DNA from: Octopus vulgaris
Taxonomy: Eukaryota
Length of the DNA stretch: 64,000 nucleotides
Reading direction: 5' to 3'
NCBI GenBank assembly: GCA_951406725.2
Contig: OX597826.1
Span: 44,764,001 to 44,828,000, forward strand
In this document: piece by piece, positions 55,618 through 64,000 of the stretch
How positions within the stretch are numbered: position 1 is the stretch's first letter
How the letters are laid out: every line of letters begins with the position of its first letter
Program-made: the position numbers and the translations under genes
The notes under the pieces: model-generated
What the model was told of the DNA's origin: nothing
Database searches by the model: none
The model's input: the letters and a program-made list of their open reading frames with translations, nothing else

Positions 55618-55782
55618 CATATATACAACAGGCTCCTTTCAGTTTCCGTCTACCAAATCCACTCACAAGGCATTGGTCGACCCGGGGCTATAGCAGAAGA
55701 CACTTGCCCAAGATGCCACGCAGTGGGACTGAACCCGGAACCACACCGCCACTCCTGCGCCTAGCAAGCTACTTACCACACA
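55367..55782 (-). mobile_element. Family A SINE with a rearranged tRNA head
   Basis: Reverse complement of 33234-33640; head segments are permuted at 55741-55782. Confidence 0.92.
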
Positions 55783-56021
55783 TTCACTTTCTATTCACTT
55801 TCTATTCCCTTTGTCTACAACTACTAAATCAGGCCTTCTAGTTTCCCTTACTCGGTTTGTCTGAACGTTACGATTCCACATTTTCTATTTCTTACTATCT
55901 AGCAATTTACTAGGTTCATATCAGTATGTTCAAATCATTGCATTCTACATACTGGTGTTAGTTTATTTCGTTGGATAGTTGTTGTATAGAGTGTCTTGTA
56001 TTTGTGGATTATTTTTGTTGC

Positions 56022-56115
<94 letters not shown>

Positions 56116-56664
56116 GAGTGAGAGAGCGGTACATGCCATCAAAGTGACACTGGGGTAAAATATACGAAGCCCAGTATACACATCATGACTACCCGTCTGA
56201 TAAGGGTACACCAGACACATGCATCACAACCATATGTGCGTGACATGGTAATCTCATATCAAGTTAAACAGCACATGACCTTGCAGGTGGGGCCCAGTTA
56301 GAATTTTCTTCAGGTCGAGTAAACCATCCTGCTCAAAAGGTTCTTGAATAAGGTTTGTTTAAGGATGTTGAACGAAACACCCATGTTTCCGAGGTGAATT
56401 ATCCATACCCCAAAGAATTCCTCTCAACACATAGCTATGATACTCCCCACTACTTCTGCTCGTGATCAGAGATGCATATATTGTCAGCCACTAAGGGTCA
56501 TGCTCAACTGGTTACGGTCAAGCACCTGACAAGCAAATCTGTGGTATTGAGCAGAATATTTGCTGTAGCCAATCATTTATACCAAGACAAAACAATGTAC
56601 ATGATGACACTTCCAATCAGTTAAGATCAGAAGCCATGAGAGCCACAGCCTGGTACTGCATCAG

Positions 56665-56665
<1 letters not shown>
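56116..56665 (-). mobile_element. Longer copy (~550 bp) of the (AAT)n-embedded non-coding element
   Basis: Flanked by (TAT)n on both sides (56024-56115 and from 56666); homologous to 1022-1471. Confidence 0.88.
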
Positions 56666-56723
<58 letters not shown>

Positions 56724-56733
56724 GTTATTGTTA

Positions 56734-56827
<94 letters not shown>

Positions 56828-56837
56828 CATCATTACT

Positions 56838-56872
<35 letters not shown>

Positions 56873-56874
56873 CC

Positions 56875-56904
<30 letters not shown>
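56666..56904 (+). repeat. (TAT)n-(CAT)n microsatellite
   Basis: Direct reading. Confidence 0.97.
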
Positions 56905-56905
<1 letters not shown>

Positions 56906-58937
56906 TGTTTATTATTGTTAATTTTATATATTTAAACTGAAATAGAACCTTTATTAATTCCATTTTCGAAGTGGTGTATACATCAGTGTTTATTGAAAAA
57001 AAATTGTCGCAACTCGAGATATATTCATTGTCTTTTTTTATAGAATTCAATAGTTAAATCCGTCATTAAGATAATAGCTGTTAATTACTTTACCTTTATC
57101 CCGTACACTCTGTCTACTCGAACAATCAGTAAAATGTGTCAGAATTTGAAGGAAAAGTTCAATATACTCTAGTTGTGTATGAACCTTCATTTATCAGGAA
57201 AGAACTATATATGTCACCTTAAGAAATTTATTGCTAAAATCTAAAATGGAAAGACGTGTGATAGATTTCAAAATGTATAAAACACTACTTTTCGCAGCAT
57301 TCTACTCTCAGTTAATAAATATATTTGATTGCTCCGCCAGTTCCGAAAGTATTTCTACAGAATTGTCCAATACACACCCTATTCAAACTGAAATGTATAT
57401 AAAAGATTCTGCCTAAATATCATTCTTTGTTTGACAACAGATTTTATTGCCAGGTTTCAGCTTATTCCAGCTAAAATTCAGAACCAAACCAATAACAATA
57501 ACCGTCATTGACAGTTAGTGTATGTTTTGAATATTTATTCTTATTTCCATTGAAACACTCCAAAGATGATAATTTTGCCTGACTGTACATGGCATCACTA
57601 CTACCGTTCCTTTACCAATAATTTCTTCTATCGTCACTTTGAAAAGGCTGTAATAAGCTTCTGTGGTTTATAATCGAATTTTGTTTTGTTTTTCTCTATT
57701 TTTTTGTGAGCATAGGGATAACTTTATTATCACAATCTTACATCATTGTGATGAAGAGGCTTGTGTACCAAGAACAATGACACTGGTTGATTTGAATATA
57801 AATAAATAAACATTATTAAGAGTATGTGACATTAGCTGTTTGTCAGAGTGTAGGAGGTGTCATGTAAAATCTATCAGAGATTATGAAATCTTATGTTTCT
57901 AATTTGAATATTTACTTCATTTTGTATAACTGTGTTGTAATTGAAAGTACTGAGAATTTTTTTTAGAAGATAGAAAAAATTATACAACATTTGTTGCATT
58001 AAATCAAAAATATATGCCAATGATCTCGAATATTCTATAGAGTAGTATTGAAACAGCTTCAGACAGATCTCCGAACACTTAAAATGGTTCCTTTTAAGCA
58101 AATATTTGATAAATCTGCTAAAATCTGATGATATTAAATTTCAGAATACAATGTTTAAAATTTGAATGTCGTCATTATTAGAGGCGCCTGTCCTCTCTAT
58201 CTGACAAAATTAATGTGAGATATTTCACACTTAAGTAAAAGGCGGAGGCTGGTAAACAAGCAATGGCATTTAATTTGCAGATCAGTCGCTTGGATTGCAA
58301 TACGGTTCTAATTATCTAAAATGTAGCTCGAAGCAAAACTGTGTTGAAGAAAACAAAGAGGAATTCATATGGAGAGAAATTGGGATACGAAGCCAACTGA
58401 CGGTTTTCTGCTATGCAAAGTTGGGAGAGATATTATAGGAAAGTTGAGCTCTAACTATTGCTGAAACGATAAATAAAGATGGGAAGAATACAGCAGCTGG
58501 CAGAAATCCAAAGGTCGAAGTGGACCTGTTAAAGTTTCTGTTAAGAATTGGCTCTATTCCAAATTCACCATATTCTGCAAGTATGGTTCTGCAGCTTCCA
58601 ACTAACTTAATATATTCTATGTTTAAAATGTTACACCGAGCGATGGTGATGTTACATCATACAACGGAGAGGACAGGTCGATGGAAGATGTATGGGAGTT
58701 GGATATACAAATATGTTAATTTCGATTCGACAAATAAAATTCCAATTTAATGCGCATGTCTACATCAAAATAATCATTATGGTATTTGGTCAACATAATT
58801 CGTTAATGATCTACAAAAATTCAGAATTATGCCGTTGTATTATATAACAATTATTGGAACGAAGAAGATTTATATCAAGGGAAAATTATGTAGTAATACA
58901 TATTAATATAAGAGGTTAATATTACAGCTAACTTGTA

Positions 58938-59155
58938 GGGCGGAGTGCTGACAGAATCTTTAATACGCCTGGCGTAATTGCTTAGCGGCATTTCCTATGT
59001 CTTTATGTTCTGGGTTCTAATTCTGCCGAGGTTGACAGTACTTTTAATCCTTTTGAGATTGATAAAATGCGGACCAGCTGAGCACTGGACTTGATGTAAT
59101 CAACTTTTAACCCCACTTCCGAAATTGCAGCCCTTGTGCCAACATTTGAAACCAA
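58938..59155 (+). mobile_element. Diverged family B SINE
   Basis: ctgacagaatc...cttagcggcatttc...gttctgggttctaattctgccgagg...cccttgtgccaacatttgaaacc. Confidence 0.78.
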
Positions 59156-59282
59156 TTTTACAACTAACGTAAAATATTCAACCTCAATCAAAAGTTGAAT
59201 ATGATGATATAAATTAACGGTACTTTCGAAAAGCTGTATTTCAATATACATACATACACACACATACTCTTCGCCTACGCAA

Positions 59283-59283
<1 letters not shown>

Positions 59284-59313
<30 letters not shown>

Positions 59314-59425
59314 TGTATGTATGTATGTATGTATGTATGTATGTATGTATGTATGTATGTATGTATGTATGTATGTATGTATGTATGTATGTATGTATGT
59401 ATGTATGTATGTATGTATGTATGTA

Positions 59426-59480
<55 letters not shown>
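59284..59480 (+). repeat. (TATG)n-(TG)n microsatellite
   Basis: Direct reading. Confidence 0.98.
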
Positions 59481-59485
<5 letters not shown>

Positions 59486-59764
59486 TATGTATGTGAACTT
59501 TAAGTTTGATAAAATATGCTTGAGACATATTTCAACTTCTAAAGGCAAATACACTGCAGTTACTGTGGATAAAATTGCCTGTTATGGTAAAAGGTGTTAA
59601 AACACCATATCTGCAGTTTTTCCCTCCTTCTGGTGGACCCCAGACGTGCGTGCCAACGTCTTTGTTTTTTCTCGATGGGAAATATGGAAAAGTGATAACT
59701 ATGGGCAGATTCAAAGTCGTACCTCCGGAGAGAGAGAGGGGGAGAGAGAGAGAGGGAGAGAGAA

Positions 59765-59798
<34 letters not shown>

Positions 59799-60312
59799 GT
59801 GGGGGATAGAGACATGAAAAGAATCTCGGTGCTGGGGATGTTCCATGTAGGAAGAGATGAGTGGATTCCCATCTCTTAAATTTATAGTTGGTATTCATTT
59901 TCTGGGCTTAGAATTTCAATTCGACACACTCTGACTTACTATTTTAGATCCTTCTAACCATGAGAAATAAATATACCAGCCTTCTATATTCTCTCCGCCT
60001 ATGTTTTTACATGTACGTTGAATGCATAACTTGCATGTGGATTAATTCGATATACGATACTCTAAGATCCTTTTGCAGGTCAGAATTGATTACTACAAAA
60101 TAGCATATACTGAGATATATTTCTAAATAGTATAACTTACATCACGATCCGGATCTTTTACCGAGATCAGGATATACAATGGGTTAAGTGATATTTTATC
60201 ATTCGTACACCTTTGCTAAAAATTAACTTTCTCACAGAAAATGTTACGATTTAGAACTTCAAATTATTCAAACCGAACAAAATAGATTTTCTAGCACATT
60301 CAATCGCTTAGG

Positions 60313-60364
60313 CTTCGCTGAAGAGTGCATGCTTGCACGAAACCAGTTGTTTTAACGTCTGAAG
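60313..60364 (+). ncRNA. Type I hammerhead ribozyme with intact catalytic core
   Basis: cttcg-CTGAAGA-GTGCA tgct TGCAC-GAAAC-cagttgttttaac-GTC-tgaag. Stem I 5 bp (one G-U), stem II a perfect 5 bp with G10.1-C11.1, predicted cleavage after C60359. Confidence 0.8.
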
Positions 60365-60481
60365 AAATGATGATGCTCATACTAAAGTGTTTATGTATCT
60401 AAGGTTTTTTCATGTATACTGAACATGAATCATGTATGTAGATCATACATGTGTGCATATATGTTTATGTACATGTGTGTT

Positions 60482-60514
<33 letters not shown>

Positions 60515-61216
60515 GTGTGCGTACTATCCATAATGAAATCTCCATAAAATCACATCTATCATTGTAAGAGCCCATTCGATAATGAGGTGCCAAATACACA
60601 GAATGAAAACCAAACGTGTGACAGTCATGGCTGGAAAGTTTATGATTGCAAGTATACGCGATATGGGCTGGCTTAGGTCTGAACAACACTCACAATAACA
60701 TTAATATTAGCATGGTCAAGGAAAACTTATTTTCTGTGTTAGGACTGCCATTAAACCATCTTGTAGGAAAGGAATGCTGTGAATTCCTAAAAAGCTGTTG
60801 GATCTGGTAGTATAGAATAAATTTTCAGAGTACGTCTCAAACGGCTGACATAAATATTTACAAACATCTTTTCCGAAAACAAGGCGGAAAACGGACAAGA
60901 TTCACATTAATAGAAATAAGTGTTGTTTTAAAGAATAACTAGAATTATAGCTTGCATTTACTATCTGCTAACAGTAATATTCATTATTAAGTGTATTGGT
61001 ATCTTCAGCAAACATACCCTATTAGTTATTGAAGAAACTACTGTTTTAATTTTGTCTTCTTACACCGTGATATTAAAATATCTACTTTCTTCCCTCTATA
61101 TTTGGGGTGGTGGGAGTAGAATCTTAATATTCCCGCACTGATGCATGTATTCGGCAGTGGGAGGGCTTATTACAGATATTACATCTTATGAGGAAAGTTG
61201 AACGCAATCAACAGCC

Positions 61217-61385
<169 letters not shown>

Positions 61386-61554
61386 TGTTGCGTCTAGGGA
61401 TTGTCATTCTGATTTAAAGCCTTTTAAATTATGGTCAGTCAGAAAACGGGCAGAGTCAACATCTATTGAGTATGTTGCAGAAGCAACGAACATTTTAGAA
61501 AATAAAAGTAAATGAGTAGAAATCAAACCGGTGAGTGTGTTAATTAATAAGGCA

Positions 61555-61750
61555 TTGTAAAAATCTGCGAAACTTAAAAGGAATTTATTATATATGAGTA
61601 TGTCTAGATATGTAAGTATATGCATGAGAATACATACGTAAAAACACAAATCTGCACATACATACATGTATACATACACACATACATACATACATACATA
61701 CATACACACACACATACATACATACATACATACATACATACATACATACA

Positions 61751-61784
<34 letters not shown>

Positions 61785-61915
61785 CATAATACATACATAC
61801 ATACAACAATATCCCGTTGTTGATGTTGAAATTCCAATGAAGGAACCTCGGATCTAGGTTAGAAACCGGTTCTTTCTCTATTGGCAAGAAATCATGATTT
61901 AAACTGAAGAATGAC
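61555..61915 (+). mobile_element. R4/Dong-like LINE 3' end with expanded internal (CATA)n
   Basis: attgtaaaaatctgcgaaact (VKICET, compare TVKTCKT), then aagtatatgcatgagaa..catac and the terminal module shared with 8300-8497. Confidence 0.85.
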
Positions 61916-62298
61916 ATACATATACAGATATATATGTGCCAACGCACGAAACTTTCGAGTCATGAGTCAGTCTGTTACTTCAGTTAAATACTAATGAAAA
62001 TATACGTAAACTCATATTTTGAGTTGCATATTTCCTGTTTGCATCAACATATGTATATCTGTCTAACTATCTATCTATCTTTCTCTCTCTCTTGCTCCCC
62101 CCTCTCTCTGTATATATATATATATAGAGAGAGAGAGACGGGTGGTGTCATTCTGATTGCTCAAGGGAATAGTTTCCTTCATGAAACGGTGAAATGGTGA
62201 TCATATATCTAAGAGATAGAGTCTTTGTCCTGCTACAATCGTGATAGCTTATCTATCCTATTCAAATGAATTAGCAACATATATATATATATATATAT

Positions 62299-63222
62299 AG
62301 ACAGAAACAAAATGCAACTGAATGAGGGAAAATTTGAGCTGATGCATTTTGGAAGAAATTCCTCACTAAAACAACCATACTCTCTTCCTTCAGGGGAACC
62401 GCTCACAGCCTCTAACAATATCAGAGACCTGGGTGTAATTGTTGATGACGATCTCAGTTGGAGTGCACACATCAACAAGAAGGTCGATACAGCTCGTAGG
62501 ATGAGTTCCTGGATCTTAAGAACTTTCCGGTCCAGAGAACAAGGTGTCATCATACCACTTTTTCATCCTTTGTACGGCCACACCTTGAATACTGCTGCCC
62601 ACTGTGGTCTCCTCACACAAGACAAAACATCTCCAGAATTTAGTCACCCCAGAGGGCTCTCACTAAACAAATTGAAAGCATGGCTGCTCTCGACTATTGG
62701 GATCGCCTTAAAGCCTTGAAACTTTACTCCCTCCAGCGTCGCCGTGAGCGGTACATCATTTGTACGATGTGGAAAATATACCGCCAACTTTGCCCAAACG
62801 ACCTAAACATTAGCTTCAAGGTTCATCCGAGACTTGGACCACGGGCTATACGTCCCCTGCCAAATTCAAGATCACAACATACATGTACACTGCAACATAA
62901 TTTCTTTTCCTCAACAGGCCCTGCCCTATTTAACATTGTCCCGAGGGAGATCAAAGAGGAAAAGGATCCCATCAACTTCAAACAGAGTCTGGATAGTATT
63001 CCTTCAAAGAATACCAGACAAGCCACCCATAATTGGATACAACTCACCCAACAAGAACTCACTACTTGAACAAAACTGGATACAACTCACCCAACAAGAA
63101 CTCACTACTTGAACAAAACTTGACTTAAACAGGATTCGAATAATCCTATCAGGTGGTGCTATTAAGTTAGACATGGCCTGGACCAATCTCTGGTCGAAAC
63201 ATATCTAAGTTTTATCTAAGTT
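62299..63222 (+). mobile_element. 5'-truncated CR1-like LINE (RT C-terminal/thumb region and 3' UTR) inserted in (TA)n
   Basis: MQLNEGKFELMHFG, RDLGVIVDDDLSWSAHI, VRPHLEYCCPLWSPH, YWDRLKALKLYSLQRRRER; frameshift and stop; tail (atctaagttt)x2; 43-bp tandem duplication at 63034-63119. Confidence 0.92.
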
Positions 63223-63372
<150 letters not shown>

Positions 63373-63817
63373 ACTCACATACATACAGGTATCTGTGTGT
63401 ATACATATTGTTCATAAGGGGAAGTAGTAGGTCTTGCACGTATATTTCTACCAACTATATTTACAGATATTTTCATAATTACATAGGTTTGTAAAGGTAC
63501 TGGCATCCACCAATAATGTATAGTTATTAAATTTTCTGGCTACCGTTCATTTAGTTGTTGCTTCAGCCCGAGATGAAATTGTCTTTTGCCGTACATACGC
63601 ATAATAGCAATTAAAATTGTTGTGCACGTGTACAATAGATTTGAATATACTCTGATACGTAATCAAATTTCATTCAATCCGCACAAATCAAATTTCTATT
63701 CTTTATTTTCAACATCATATAAGTTATAAGGAAATTAGAAATTAACGTTAATAGCATTAGTTTTCTGCTGAGAGAAATAAATGTTTACGATTCATGGATA
63801 TACTCATATATATACGT

Positions 63818-63895
<78 letters not shown>

Positions 63896-64000
63896 ATGGT
63901 ATGTTCTGTTTAAAACGTAGTAGAGTACAGTATAAAGCTCGTCTACCTTCAGATTTACTATATTTACATATTACCAGAGGAAACACACTAGATCTCATAA

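Noticed and set aside
57100-58750. Possible decayed hAT-like transposase (LLQPF-type motif on the minus strand)
   Set aside because: One weak motif, many stops and no TIRs seen; needs TBLASTN.

Overview
AT-rich, microsatellite-saturated eukaryotic DNA. The SINE families and repeat density resemble Octopus/coleoid cephalopod genomic DNA (inferred, not database-checked). No intact host protein-coding gene, tRNA, rRNA or CRISPR array is supportable, and nearly all listed ORFs are translations of simple repeats. The window is a graveyard of mobile elements: R4/Dong-like LINE fragments, a CR1-like 3' end, RTE ends, two deleted mariners, two non-autonomous Helitrons and at least five tRNA-derived SINE families, several with clear TSDs. 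The signal the ORF track misses is a set of six type I hammerhead ribozyme motifs (1871, 1951, 2737, 9775, 51424, 60313), probably Penelope-like/retrozyme relics, some with unusual architecture; the 1871/1951 pair lies behind a TATA/Inr-spaced promoter. Also notable are microsatellite-associated retroelements [(AAT)n and (ACAT)n], an apparently self-targeting SINE, and a candidate promoter/first exon at about 25.4-26.1 kb. All motif reading was by eye, so boundaries of degenerate elements are approximate.
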